A stretch of DNA of 64,000 nt from Chloroflexota bacterium (GCA_030607875.1 JAUWJD010000011.1:16165-80164), one strand, 5' to 3'; positions 1 through 9,677 are shown, counted from the first letter of the stretch. The notes: generated by a model not told the origin, from the letters alone. Numbers and translations are program-made.

Positions 1-247
1 GGAACTTGCAGAGGTGATACAGGCCCTTCAGATCGCGAAATGGCCTGGTCTCACGCCAAATGACATCCAGGTCCACAATCCCAGCACCGCACCGGCGCAT
101 GTCATTCTGCACGTCGGGATCTGTGGCCAACACGTCCACCTGCCAGCCCAGACGCCTGGCCAGCAGGACCAGGCTCGACACTACACTGGCCCCTCCCCCG
201 TATTTCGAGCCGCCGATAACATGCAGCACCTTCACCGACCGCAACAT
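1..247 (-). CDS. Glycosyltransferase family 4, N-terminal part (runs off window start)
   Basis: Hand translation MLRSVKVLHVIGGSKYGGGASVV...LGWQVDVLA, a typical GT4 N-terminus; AAAGGGG RBS upstream; not in the ORF track. Confidence 0.8.
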   Translation of the reverse strand, partial: MLRSVKVLHVIGGSKYGGGASVVSSLVLLARRLGWQVDVLATDPDVQNDMRRCGAGIVDLDVIWRETRPFRDLKGLYHLCKF

Positions 248-380
248 CCCCCTTTCACTGTGTGCATGAAAAGATCACCCTTGTGGTCCATGCTGTTGCC
301 CACCAACCCGGCCTGCTATCGGACTGGGTTCCATCCGCAGCCAGGGCGGTTGTCCGTCTGTCTTCCTGCTATCCGGTAGG

Positions 381-1790
381 TCAGGCACCACAATCACCGC
401 CAGTGTCTGGCTCCACAGATGCCAGAGGCTGGCCCATCGGGCATTCGTCCCGGTTCAGCGCCACTACCAGCCCGCAGGTAACAGCAAAGGTTGCGACAAA
501 GAACAGTGGAGCGAACTGGTATGCCAGATAGGTGATCAAAACGCTCGCGCTCAGAACCGAGGCGACTGCTTTGGTGATGCCGCGTGAACGTGCGAACAGT
601 CTCAGCGCCGAGACCAGGATCAGCAGGTGAAACAACAGATAGGGAATGCCTCCTACCAGACCGGTGGACACCAGGTGATCCCAGAAATGGTTGTGGATGC
701 TTGTCCGCAAGTAGAACACGTCCATGAACCGACCGCGCCCGATGCCCAGCAGGGGGGCCTGCTTGAACAGCCGCCATCCCGTCGCAAGGGCGTCAATACG
801 GATGGACACGTTTTCAACGCTCCTGGCCGAGCCGACGTCAACGATCCACCTGGGAGGTGCAAGGGCAAAGACCACATTGGCCACAACCAACGAGACAGCG
901 AACAGGAGCGCAACGAACCAGGAGCCCTGCGTGCTCGCCGAACGGGCAACCGGTCTGTCCTTGAGCAGCAGGAAGCAAAGGCTCAGTGCCACGGCCAGGC
1001 AGACCTCCAGGTATACACCTCGCTGTTGTGTAATCAGGGCACCCAGCGTGACGACAACGGCAAGCACTGCTCTCCACCCAGAGGATCGGAAAATCCGCTC
1101 GCGTCCCCAACTGGAGAGCACCAAGGTCGACAGAGCGAGGCCGAATCTGATTCCGAGTTTGTCGGGCGTTGTGTCGATTCCCAGAGTGCTCGGGAAGGGC
1201 ATTTGTATGGGGCCATACTGGCGCGCTGGGTATATTTCGGCTGCGAAGGGCAGATCGACGATGCGCGACGCCTGGACGATGGCCAATAGCCCGAGCACTG
1301 CGGTTCCGCAGGTGAGGCCCTTTAGGGTACTTGCCGCAGCTTTGACGTCCTCAGCAACGGCTACCGCGGCCAGAAAGACCACAAAGAAAGCGCCCCTGCC
1401 TGCTACCCAGGGCCAGTTGGACCAATTGTCATGGTAGAGCATCAGAAACACTTCCGCGCCCAGAGTGATCAAGTACAGCCAGAATATGGCTGCATTGGCC
1501 CGCCAGGCCGTCGTTATCCGCACCAGGCCTCCCTTGAGCAGGGCCAGGAGAAGAAAGCCCAGGCTGATGGGCACGATGGGAGGCAGGACAGTGAGCAGGC
1601 GGCCAAATCGCATCAACCGGAAAACGCTCAGCGCGACCAGAAACCCGAAGACAAAGCTGAGTTGCTCCCAGATCCTGTCCAGCATGGCAGACAGCCGGCG
1701 GGCGAACAGGGCCGCTTGCGCACGTAGCCTTGAGGGAACGGAGCCTTGGCGCACGCTTGTCTGGCGCGGCTGACCCAGTTGCGCCATCAT
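381..1790 (-). CDS. O-antigen ligase / Wzy polymerase family membrane protein
   Basis: Multiple TM helices, TQQRG motif, R...W..G..LF...PLLGIG.G and IHNHF..LVSTGLVG motifs; ATG at 1790 overlaps the MurJ stop (ATGA). Confidence 0.8.
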   Translation of the reverse strand: MMAQLGQPRQTSVRQGSVPSRLRAQAALFARRLSAMLDRIWEQLSFVFGFLVALSVFRLMRFGRLLTVLPPIVPISLGFLLLALLKGGLVRITTAWRANAAIFWLYLITLGAEVFLMLYHDNWSNWPWVAGRGAFFVVFLAAVAVAEDVKAAASTLKGLTCGTAVLGLLAIVQASRIVDLPFAAEIYPARQYGPIQMPFPSTLGIDTTPDKLGIRFGLALSTLVLSSWGRERIFRSSGWRAVLAVVVTLGALITQQRGVYLEVCLAVALSLCFLLLKDRPVARSASTQGSWFVALLFAVSLVVANVVFALAPPRWIVDVGSARSVENVSIRIDALATGWRLFKQAPLLGIGRGRFMDVFYLRTSIHNHFWDHLVSTGLVGGIPYLLFHLLILVSALRLFARSRGITKAVASVLSASVLITYLAYQFAPLFFVATFAVTCGLVVALNRDECPMGQPLASVEPDTGGDCGA

Positions 1791-3430
1791 CGAGTCCTTC
1801 CTCCCTGTAGTGCCCCCCGTCTTGCAAGAGCTGAAGAGATTTGCGCTCGCGCCCACCTTGCGGCGAGCCTCAGCTCCTTGACGCCCAGCAGCGTCTCGAT
1901 GAGGGCGAAAGTTGCCACGCCGATCAGGGTAGAGATTCCTGCGGCGAGCAGCATCCCCCATCCACCCGATGGGACGATGAGCTGCAGAGAGGTGTAGACG
2001 AGCGAGCTGGCCAGGCTCAGGCATAGTGCGCCCAGGGCCAGGGCAGCGAAGAAGCGACCGTCCCGCCAGACCTGTAGTCGCGGGCCTCGCCGCTGCAACA
2101 GCCAAGCGGCCCGCAAGGCAGATAGGATTGCTGCAAGCAGGTAGGCCAGGGCAATGCCCAGGATCCCCAGATAGCGCACTGCTACGAGATCAAGGAGCAG
2201 ATTGAAGCCCAAGAAAAGAAGGTAATGCACCGATGGCGTGTGCGCATCGCCTGCGGCATACAGAGGGGTCAATAGCAGAGGGACGAGACCGAAGGCGGGA
2301 ATGGCCGCAGCGAAAGACGCGATCACCGCTCCCGTTCGGGCAACCTTTCCTGCCTCGAACAGGGCACCGCCAAATAGCAGTGCGGCGATGGGAAGGCGGA
2401 GAGTCATGACCAAGGTCGCAGCCGGCACCAGTACCAGAAGCATCAGGCGCAAGCCCTGTGTCAGGGCCGCGGCGATGCCTTGTGGAGCACCCTCAGCGTA
2501 TGCGCGTGACGCTTTCGATCTCAGCACTGTGTTCAGGCCATCGGCGAGGACCCTGCCCAGCGCCAGCGTCGTGCGACGGGCGTAGCTCAGCGTGGCCACA
2601 CTCCCAACCGTCAGGTAGCCGGCCATCATCCTCTCCGCAGGATGGGCCAGTGCCCCAACCATCCAGGTAGCTGAGGGCAGGGCCACGCTGGCAGAGAGCT
2701 TGCCCAGCTCCCGCCATTCGTCCATCGCTCCTCTGGACCACATGCACCGCGGCGACGGGCGAGCGAGAAACGCCAACCAGACCAGTTCGACGACACTCCC
2801 TGCCAGGTAGGCAAGGCCGAGGCCAGAGGCTGTCCGCCGACTGGGCCATACCAGGAGCATCGCGATGAAAAAGACGGAATTGACGGCGCGTCTCAAAGCA
2901 GAGACGCCAAAGCGCTCCCCGGCATACAGGTATGCAGACAGCGTCGCCGACGCCGCTGCCAGCCCCAGTGTCGGCAGAGAGAGTCGCAGCACCTCGGCAA
3001 GCAAGTCTTGGCGTATGGCGGGACCGGCGATCCAGTGAGCCATGCCGGCTGCCAGACGGCTGGAGATCGAAACAAAGGCCACCATGGCCAAAAGAAGGAG
3101 AAAAAACAGGCGCGACATGTGAACGTGCCCTTTGCGAGCATCCCTCACCGTGGAGAGACAAAACCAGGGCATGAGCACTTGAACGCCAATCGACTGGAAT
3201 GCGCCCCCAACCGCTGCTGGAACAGCTACGCCCAGGTAGAATGCGTCGCTGACCGCACCCGCACCAAAGATGCGGATCACCGTTGTCTGGCGCACCAGTT
3301 CCAGGACAGCCACCGTGCCTGTGGCCATAGTGATGGCGAGCCATGGTCTGGCGATGCCAACCGCAATCGAGTTGGAGCCTTGGTCCGGGCTGCCCATGTC
3401 TTTGCTCTGTTGCAGACCTCCTGTGTTCAC
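1787..3430 (-). CDS. MurJ/MviN-like MOP flippase
   Basis: About 14 TM helices; FGAGAVSDAFY motif; ERMMAGYLTVGSVATLSYA segment typical of MurJ. Confidence 0.8.
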   Translation of the reverse strand: MNTGGLQQSKDMGSPDQGSNSIAVGIARPWLAITMATGTVAVLELVRQTTVIRIFGAGAVSDAFYLGVAVPAAVGGAFQSIGVQVLMPWFCLSTVRDARKGHVHMSRLFFLLLLAMVAFVSISSRLAAGMAHWIAGPAIRQDLLAEVLRLSLPTLGLAAASATLSAYLYAGERFGVSALRRAVNSVFFIAMLLVWPSRRTASGLGLAYLAGSVVELVWLAFLARPSPRCMWSRGAMDEWRELGKLSASVALPSATWMVGALAHPAERMMAGYLTVGSVATLSYARRTTLALGRVLADGLNTVLRSKASRAYAEGAPQGIAAALTQGLRLMLLVLVPAATLVMTLRLPIAALLFGGALFEAGKVARTGAVIASFAAAIPAFGLVPLLLTPLYAAGDAHTPSVHYLLFLGFNLLLDLVAVRYLGILGIALAYLLAAILSALRAAWLLQRRGPRLQVWRDGRFFAALALGALCLSLASSLVYTSLQLIVPSGGWGMLLAAGISTLIGVATFALIETLLGVKELRLAARWARAQISSALARRGALQGGRTR

Positions 3431-3843
3431 TGGCGGGAGCTCATGGCGCTCTCAAGGCGTTGCTGGATCGTCGTTTCGCCCGGCCGCCACGCCAGCGCCT
3501 GCTGGTAGGCAGTGACGGCCTCCTCCCAGACTCCCCGTTCCAGTTGTACATTCAGCGGATCCAGGCGCAGCGCTCGTGCGACTGGCGCTGCACTGGCCGG
3601 ACCCAGGGCCCACAACAAACAACGCGGCACACTGGGTGCCTCACGCACAGCTGGCCATTCTCGCGAGAGGGCCAGGCTGCCCAGGTTGTTGTACCAGGCA
3701 CCAGAGAGCTGCGGGCCTCTAAACAGGTCCACAGACGCGGCAAGGGCAGCCAGGACGATCACCTCCCGCCACAGAGCTCCCTCTCTTTGTGTTCCCGCAC
3801 CAGACACCGCCAGAGACATTGCTTGTGCGCTCCCTGCGCTCAA
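3427..3843 (-). CDS. Small TPR-like protein, possibly internally deleted
   Basis: AWYNNLG and WEEAVTAYQQALAWRPG TPR-like helices; overlaps both neighbours by 4 bp. Confidence 0.5.
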   Translation of the reverse strand: MSAGSAQAMSLAVSGAGTQREGALWREVIVLAALAASVDLFRGPQLSGAWYNNLGSLALSREWPAVREAPSVPRCLLWALGPASAAPVARALRLDPLNVQLERGVWEEAVTAYQQALAWRPGETTIQQRLESAMSSRQ

Positions 3844-4994
3844 CCTTTCTCAGCCAGAGCGGTCAAGAGCCAGTTGCTCAGCGCATCCATCCATCGATCG
3901 GTGGTATTCTCCCGTGCAACCTGGATCCGTTGCTCTCCCAGCTCCTGCGGTTCGTCGATCGCTCGCCCGATATTCTCCACAAACTCCTCATGCGTCCTGC
4001 TGATGTACACCAGCCGCTCATACGGCAAGAGGCTGGGCAGATAGGTCGAGACGATGGGCCTCCCAGTCGCAAAACATTCGAAAATCTTGGCCGGGAAGAC
4101 TCCCTCGGTCAGCTCACTCACACGATAAGGAAGGAGAAGGACGTCCACGTCCTTCAGGTTCTCCGCTACCTGTAGATAGGGGACCATGCCGGGCAGCTCA
4201 CTCCCTGGCGCTAGAGCAATCATTGGTACGAGCACCGGACCTAGAATCCGCAGGGCAGTGTGGTGGCTGACCTTTGCCAAAAGCTCAACGTCGATGTGAG
4301 AGCCCACTGCCCCGAAGTAGCAGGTGCGCACTGGCCTCTCCGCCGCTGGTCGGTTGACCGCCTGAGCATCCGCGTGGAAGCGCTCAAAATCGACCGTTCC
4401 GGGCCAATGGTAGACCCTGCTATGGTGCCGGCGGGCACGCTCCACAAGCAGCGGCGAGTTGGCCACGACCAGGTCAGCTTCGGCGAAGAGCTCCTCTTCA
4501 ACCATCTTGCGGCGTGTCGCCAGCGAGGCCGATGCCCAGTTGGCGAAAGAGGCATAGACCAGGAGGTCTGGAGCGAGGGCTCCTGCCACCGCCATCGGCA
4601 GCGGAAAGGGAAGATAGGTGATAACCACGGTCTGCCTTCTGCCCATGGCCAGATGCCGCAAGTGCCGGATGAGACGGGGCACAAGCGCCACTCGGTTCGC
4701 GCATTTGAAAGCCCTGTTGATGTCAGGAAAGACCATCGGACTGACCAGGTCAACACCGGGCGGCCTGGGCTGATGGCGATAGCCGGCCACCTCCGGCCTG
4801 TTTAGCCAGTGTGCCAGGGCAAAAGCGGCCTCGCCTGCAGCGGGCATACGCTTGGGCAAGGGTTGCACAAAAGAGACAGCGTATCCCCGTTTAGCCAGTC
4901 CAGCGGCGATCTTGTGATCTGACTGCCAGGTAAAGTTCCAGGGTACCTTGGCCAGCATCACCACCGCTGTGTCTTTGGGCTGCGTAGCACTCAT
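3840..4994 (-). CDS. GT-B glycosyltransferase (GT4/TuaH-like)
   Basis: PAKIFECFATGRPIVST motif; DVLLLPY; operon context. Confidence 0.85.
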   Translation of the reverse strand: MSATQPKDTAVVMLAKVPWNFTWQSDHKIAAGLAKRGYAVSFVQPLPKRMPAAGEAAFALAHWLNRPEVAGYRHQPRPPGVDLVSPMVFPDINRAFKCANRVALVPRLIRHLRHLAMGRRQTVVITYLPFPLPMAVAGALAPDLLVYASFANWASASLATRRKMVEEELFAEADLVVANSPLLVERARRHHSRVYHWPGTVDFERFHADAQAVNRPAAERPVRTCYFGAVGSHIDVELLAKVSHHTALRILGPVLVPMIALAPGSELPGMVPYLQVAENLKDVDVLLLPYRVSELTEGVFPAKIFECFATGRPIVSTYLPSLLPYERLVYISRTHEEFVENIGRAIDEPQELGEQRIQVARENTTDRWMDALSNWLLTALAEKG

Positions 4995-5065
4995 CTATGT
5001 CCCCAGCACCAGGCCCAACGCCCCGCCCACTGCAGTGTTGAGGAGCTTCTTACGACCTGGATCTT
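4995..5065 (-). pseudogene. Possible C-terminal remnant of a Wzz-like chain-length determinant
   Basis: KKLLNTAVGGALGLVLG resembles the Wzz/CpsC C-terminal P-G-rich TM segment; its stop abuts the next ATG; no credible upstream CDS. Confidence 0.3.
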
Positions 5066-5511
5066 TACAACTTATGCCCAAACGATAGCGGCTGCTTGGG
5101 CGCGCGAACGGGCAGCCTACGCCGGCCGGAGGGCAGTGTGCGAAGAGAAGTAATGGTCGAAGGCGGCTCCCAGCGGGCGTGCCCACCTTACGCAGCGGAG
5201 AAAACTCTGCGAACGTCCACACAACGTCTGCTCCGATACCCGATAGCTGCCCGCGGTTGCAGCAGAGCCGCGGGAGCGAATATCGGACCTGACCGAGGCA
5301 CCTGGCTCCAGACCCGCAAAGCGACTTTCTGAGCACCATTATATGGCATCTGCATGGCTCTGCAAAAATGCGTGTGGATGAACCAAACATCCTCCGTGGC
5401 CTGCGGCCGGCCAAAGCAAATGCTGGGCATCACAGTGACGCCCACAAGGGGCTATGCTACATACTCATCTGCTCTCGGGACCCAATTCCCTGAGCCAAGG
5501 ATACTGTACCG

Positions 5512-5527
5512 TAGAACAAGTGTTCTA
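5512..5527. promoter_or_regulatory. LexA (SOS) box, Gram-positive/Chloroflexota type
   Basis: TAGAAC-AAGT-GTTCTA has perfect palindromic arms and matches AGAAC-N4-GTTCT. Confidence 0.7.
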
Positions 5528-5533
5528 TTGAAT

Positions 5534-5562
5534 TTGACTAAAATGGGCTATTATGGTAGGAT
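5534..5562 (+). promoter_or_regulatory. Sigma70-type promoter upstream of the AAA ATPase
   Basis: TTGACT-N17-TAGGAT with extended TG. Confidence 0.55.
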
Positions 5563-5652
5563 GAGCGCAATCACGGCCAGGACGGTGGCAAGAAAAGGAA
5601 AAGGGAAAGGAACCTTCAGCCTTGGTGCTGAGCAGGGACAATACAGTGGCAG

Positions 5653-6945
5653 GTGTACCGGACGCCCGGAGGAGTGACGACACTTCTCGGGGCGCTTTTC
5701 GTAGCACACAATTGTGTGGTCTGGCCAGGGCAAACACCGGCAGAGGACTTGACGGCGGTGGAGGCCAAGAGGGAGAAGCGAGGGGTGGACAACTGTAGGG
5801 AATCTGTGGCAATAGAAACCCCATCCGCGGAGGAGCTGCAGCGTGTAGTGGCGAAAATACTAGGCTGCGTGGACGGTGGTAAGGTGTTGGGTGCGGAGGG
5901 GCCGATCCCGGAGGAGCTAGTCGTGCAGCAGGCGCTGGCATGGGAGGCAAAGCTGGGGTTCTCACCCCGGGCGGCGCCGCCGGTGCGGCGCAAGACCGAC
6001 TGGACGGTGAAAGAGCTGTACGACACCGACTTTGCCGAGCCCAAGTGGGTGGTACACGAGCTGCTGCCGGTGGGCCTGGCCTCACTGGCCGGCCGCCCCA
6101 AGGTGGGCAAGTCCTGGCTGGCGCTGCAGTTGGCGGCGGCGGTGGCCACGGGCCAGCGGTTCCTGGATTGGGAGGTGGAACAGGGGCCGGTGCTGTTCAT
6201 CGCGCTGGAGGATCCGCCGAGGCGGCTGAAAGAGCGGCTGGCGCATCTGGGGGTACCGAGGGCTGCGGACATGCAGATCAGCACCGACTGGCCGCTGCTG
6301 AACTCAGGGCCGGATGGCCTGTACGACCTGCAGCAGTGCATGGCGGAGTGGCAGCCGCGCCTGGTGGTGATTGACACACTGGCGCGGGCCTTTGACCGGC
6401 GCACGGCGTGGAACTCACAAAGCGCCGCCAGCTCTGCCCTGACGGCGCTGCTGCGGCTGGCGCACGAGCACGACTGCTGCATCCTAACGCTGGACCATCA
6501 CAAGAAGCCGGGGGCGATGCGCGACGTGATCGACGACATCTACGGGTCCACGGGCAAGGCGGCGGTGATCGACACGGCGTGGGGGCTGTACAAGGAGCGT
6601 GGCAGAAGGGGCGCCATGCTCGGGGTGACAGGGCGGGACATTGAGCCGCGCGAGCTGGCGATTGAATTCGACGGCTCGAGCCGCGGCTGGGAGCGCATGT
6701 GCGAGGCCCAGGTTGATGTGCGCACGGCTGCGGAGCAGGAGGTGTACGAGCTGCTGGAGGAGATGGGCGAAGCGGATGCAGGAAGCCTGGCCCGAGAGCT
6801 GGGCAAGAGCCGAAACACGGTTCGCAAGACGTTACTACGCCTGCGGGACAAAGGGCAGGTTGCGACAAAGGAGATACGGGCCACCCAAGAGGGGGGCAAG
6901 AAGGTGGTATTCCATATCCCGGGAGAAGATGCCGCAGAACCCTGA
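5653..6945 (+). CDS. AAA_25 / RepA-like RecA-family ATPase (helicase-like) with C-terminal wHTH; true start probably later (GTG near 5785-5806)
   Basis: Walker A AGRPKVGKS, LFIALED, Walker B LVVIDT, DHHKK, GS-type motif, C-terminal AGSLARELGKSRNTVRKTLLRL HTH. Confidence 0.85.
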   Translation: MYRTPGGVTTLLGALFVAHNCVVWPGQTPAEDLTAVEAKREKRGVDNCRESVAIETPSAEELQRVVAKILGCVDGGKVLGAEGPIPEELVVQQALAWEAKLGFSPRAAPPVRRKTDWTVKELYDTDFAEPKWVVHELLPVGLASLAGRPKVGKSWLALQLAAAVATGQRFLDWEVEQGPVLFIALEDPPRRLKERLAHLGVPRAADMQISTDWPLLNSGPDGLYDLQQCMAEWQPRLVVIDTLARAFDRRTAWNSQSAASSALTALLRLAHEHDCCILTLDHHKKPGAMRDVIDDIYGSTGKAAVIDTAWGLYKERGRRGAMLGVTGRDIEPRELAIEFDGSSRGWERMCEAQVDVRTAAEQEVYELLEEMGEADAGSLARELGKSRNTVRKTLLRLRDKGQVATKEIRATQEGGKKVVFHIPGEDAAEP

Positions 6946-6960
6946 GACTCCGCGCAGTAC

Positions 6961-7051
6961 ACAGGGAGTGCAGAGGAAACAGAGCCATCAAAGTCCGCTC
7001 TGCTCCCTCTGCTCCCTCTGTACCCTCTGTACCCTCTGTTCCTTCCGTTCC
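6961..7051. repeat. Six tandem 9-bp units (CTCTG[C/T][T/A]CC, 6998-7051) with an inverted partial copy at 6961-6984
   Basis: ctctgctcc x2, ctctgtacc x2, ctctgttcc, ttccgttcc read directly. Confidence 0.85.
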
Positions 7052-7241
7052 CTGTGCAGCCTCTGGGGGGCGCGGGGTCTGTGGTATGGGACGTGGGCCA
7101 AGCCGTACAGCTCATACACCAGATGGTACGTCTGGCGGTCGGTGTCCTAGATAAGGCGGACGTAGCATCGAGGAACGTCAGGCGGCCGGTCCGCGGCCTG
7201 CCGCTGCCACAGTGGCTGGGGGGCAGGGCCTGCCTGTGGAC

Positions 7242-8042
7242 CTATCGCATGGTCCATAGGACGACTTTCAAGACAGTATCGTCCACGGCTTCGGCGCTCA
7301 AGCCGTGCTTCTTGGCAATTCGGGCTATGGCCGCCTGTTCTACTGCTTGGGGATCAGCAGTAGGCGAGTCCAGCTCTTCGTAGAGCTCTTCCCACTCCTT
7401 GGCCAGCTCGTATTCGTCCTGGGTCGGGCGGTGTTTCATAGCGTCCTCCGGCGCGCGCACCTTGCCCTGGTACGCGTACACGATCCGGTGAGTCGAGTAG
7501 TCGCCCGCCCGGGTTTCCGATGCCCTTGCCCAATCTCCGTTCGGAGCGTACGTACATCGAGCGATAGAATAGCCGCCGGAGAGCAAAGAACGCGAGTCGT
7601 ACATGAAGACGACCACGGCGTTGAGAGGCTTGCGTTGCTTGAGGTCCTGCACCGTGGCCTCGCAAATGTACGAAACGTCCGCGGTTGAGACTGGAAAGTG
7701 CGTGACCACGCTGACACGGAAGCGCACGGCGAGCGCGGTCGATACATCGTCGAGATCGACTGTGCGGAAGGAAACTCGCCGAGCAGCTACCGTTGGCCTT
7801 TCCATAGGCGGATGGGTCACCAGTGAGGGCGTGGCGGTAGGCCTGCGTCCAGACTGACCGAGTCCGCAAGCAACGGCAGATACCGCCAGGGCAAGCAGGA
7901 GGCAGACGACCACAGCCTTTCGGCATCCTCGCTTTGATACCGCCCGCGAGCGCGGGCTGGCCTGTTCCTGGGCCTGCTCGCATTGTTTGCACAAGACCTG
8001 CCCTTGTGGTACCTGGCGTCCGCACTCATTACAGCAAGGCAT
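7242..8042 (-). CDS. Hypothetical membrane-anchored protein: N-terminal zinc ribbon, TM/lipobox-like segment, extracytoplasmic domain
   Basis: CNECG...CKQC; LLLALAVSAVACG; GGAGGGA RBS. Confidence 0.7.
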   Translation of the reverse strand: MPCCNECGRQVPQGQVLCKQCEQAQEQASPRSRAVSKRGCRKAVVVCLLLALAVSAVACGLGQSGRRPTATPSLVTHPPMERPTVAARRVSFRTVDLDDVSTALAVRFRVSVVTHFPVSTADVSYICEATVQDLKQRKPLNAVVVFMYDSRSLLSGGYSIARCTYAPNGDWARASETRAGDYSTHRIVYAYQGKVRAPEDAMKHRPTQDEYELAKEWEELYEELDSPTADPQAVEQAAIARIAKKHGLSAEAVDDTVLKVVLWTMR

Positions 8043-8179
8043 AGATCCCTCCTTCCAAGGGCTCCTGCATGTAGGCCGGTGCTCACCAGCACAACATGGG
8101 CAGTGAGATGCCGCTGGGGAGCGTCAATAGCGTCGGACGACCTTCATGGGCTGCATACATCAGAGCCGTCAGTGGGTCT

Positions 8180-9028
8180 TCACGGCACTGTTATGGTGAT
8201 GTCACCGGTCCAGCCTGCGACTAGACTCCCGGGTATGATGGTAAAGGTCCTTTCGGAGGAGGGTACATCAAATGCCACAGCAAGGTACTCCCTGGCCCCA
8301 GGAGTCATTGACGCAGCGTACTCGGTACCGTACTTGTCCATCGCTGCCCAAGTTGCGCTCCTGTCGTCCTCATATGTTCTTCCGTGCGAGTCTTTCAACA
8401 GCAGTGTGCCATAGGCGACGAAGGTGTCTGTCATTGTTCCCTGGTTTGTAATATTCCCGAGGAGTACTACAATCTGGCGAGTGATGTCCTTCCCGGGGTC
8501 CGAGTGAACCGCAGCAATCTCAAACAGCCAATGGTCAACTCGCAGCACACCAATGAGCCTAGGAATAGGGCTGGGCGGAAGGGCAGTCCGGCTAGGTAGC
8601 GGCGTATGAGTTGGCTGAGCAGTATTCGTTGGATAAGGCGTGTACGTGGAGAGTGGCGTGTTCGTCGGGTAGGGTGTGTAGGTTGGGCGTGGCGCGTTCG
8701 TTGGATGAAACGTGTAGGTTGGAAGCGGTGCGTCCGTCGCGTATGGCGTCGCTGTGTGCACCAGTGCAGCACCCAGCTTGAGTGTAGGATAAGGTGTGTA
8801 GGTTGGATACGGTGTTGCGGAGGCCCTGGCGGTGGTCTGGCCCAAAGGGTAGACCCCCGTTAAAACAACTGCTGCCAGGCCGATAACGACTAGCAACCCA
8901 AAGCAGCCAAGGCAAGCCCATGCCACGGACTTCAGCCGCGCTCTCCTCTTTGCTTGTCTCTGCGCCGCGGCCCGCGCTAGTACTCCTCGCTCGATGATTC
9001 TGTGTCTTTCTTCGGGTGTTAGTTGCAT
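8180..9028 (-). CDS. Membrane-anchored protein with TPYPT repeats and a DUF4352-like C-terminal domain
   Basis: TM segment, repeated PTYTPYPT linker, LKDSHGRTY...PGAREYLAVAFDVP signature. Confidence 0.75.
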   Translation of the reverse strand: MQLTPEERHRIIERGVLARAAAQRQAKRRARLKSVAWACLGCFGLLVVIGLAAVVLTGVYPLGQTTARASATPYPTYTPYPTLKLGAALVHTATPYATDAPLPTYTFHPTNAPRPTYTPYPTNTPLSTYTPYPTNTAQPTHTPLPSRTALPPSPIPRLIGVLRVDHWLFEIAAVHSDPGKDITRQIVVLLGNITNQGTMTDTFVAYGTLLLKDSHGRTYEDDRSATWAAMDKYGTEYAASMTPGAREYLAVAFDVPSSERTFTIIPGSLVAGWTGDITITVP

Positions 9029-9110
9029 TTCTCGGCGCAGCTCCCTTCGGTAGCGATATTGGAAACCAGCTCCACGCGGGCATCATAGAGATGGTCGGAC
9101 CATGCACACC

Positions 9111-9677
9111 CTACGGGGAGCAATAAAGGTTGTACAGGTCTAGCCACTCTTGACGCGCACTCTGATACCATCGATTCTCCTCCAGAATACCTCTAGCATC
9201 ACGCCTTGCTATCAGTTGCCGCAGGCGGTCGATGTGGTCTCGCTCCATGCGTCGTAGATAAGCCTGAATCCCAGCGCACCAGGGGTCGGGATGTGGGGTG
9301 GCAGTGCTTGTCGGTAATGCTGGAGCAGTTGGCGTGTTGGTTCTTGTTGGAGTCCACGTAGCTGCTGGCTGCGTTCGGATAGCCGTTGGTGATGGCACAG
9401 AAGAGACGGAGCCAAAGCTGGCTGCAACAACCACCAGGTCGAAGATGTCTACTTTGCCATCCGCATTCGTATCCTCTGGCGTGCCAAGTGGCACCCGCAT
9501 CCCGTAGCGAACCGATACAGCCACGAGGTCGAACAAGTTGACTAGGCCGTCACTGTTAACGTCGCCTGGCAATGAAGGAATGCGTGGCGCCGCGCCCGCA
9601 GCGGGCCATAGCCAGGCGTTGGCCAGGAGGGTCAGCACGATGCACAAGACCGTCAGAATCCGGCGTTTCGTTTGCAC
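9111..9677 (-). CDS. Secreted dockerin type I domain protein with PT linker
   Basis: Signal peptide; GDVNSDGLVNLFDL and DTNADGKVDIFDL paired EF-hand motifs; GTG start after GGAGG. Confidence 0.8.
   Translation of the reverse strand: MQTKRRILTVLCIVLTLLANAWLWPAAGAAPRIPSLPGDVNSDGLVNLFDLVAVSVRYGMRVPLGTPEDTNADGKVDIFDLVVVAASFGSVSSVPSPTAIRTQPAATWTPTRTNTPTAPALPTSTATPHPDPWCAGIQAYLRRMERDHIDRLRQLIARRDARGILEENRWYQSARQEWLDLYNLYCSP

Noticed and set aside
5525-7150. Long overlapping ORFs antisense or out of frame to the AAA gene (5616-6482, 6278-6991, 6641-7150)
   Set aside because: Shadow ORFs expected in high-GC coding DNA; no recognisable motifs
8592-8863. Nucleotide repeats in the DUF4352-like gene
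   Set aside because: Explained by the encoded TPYPT linker
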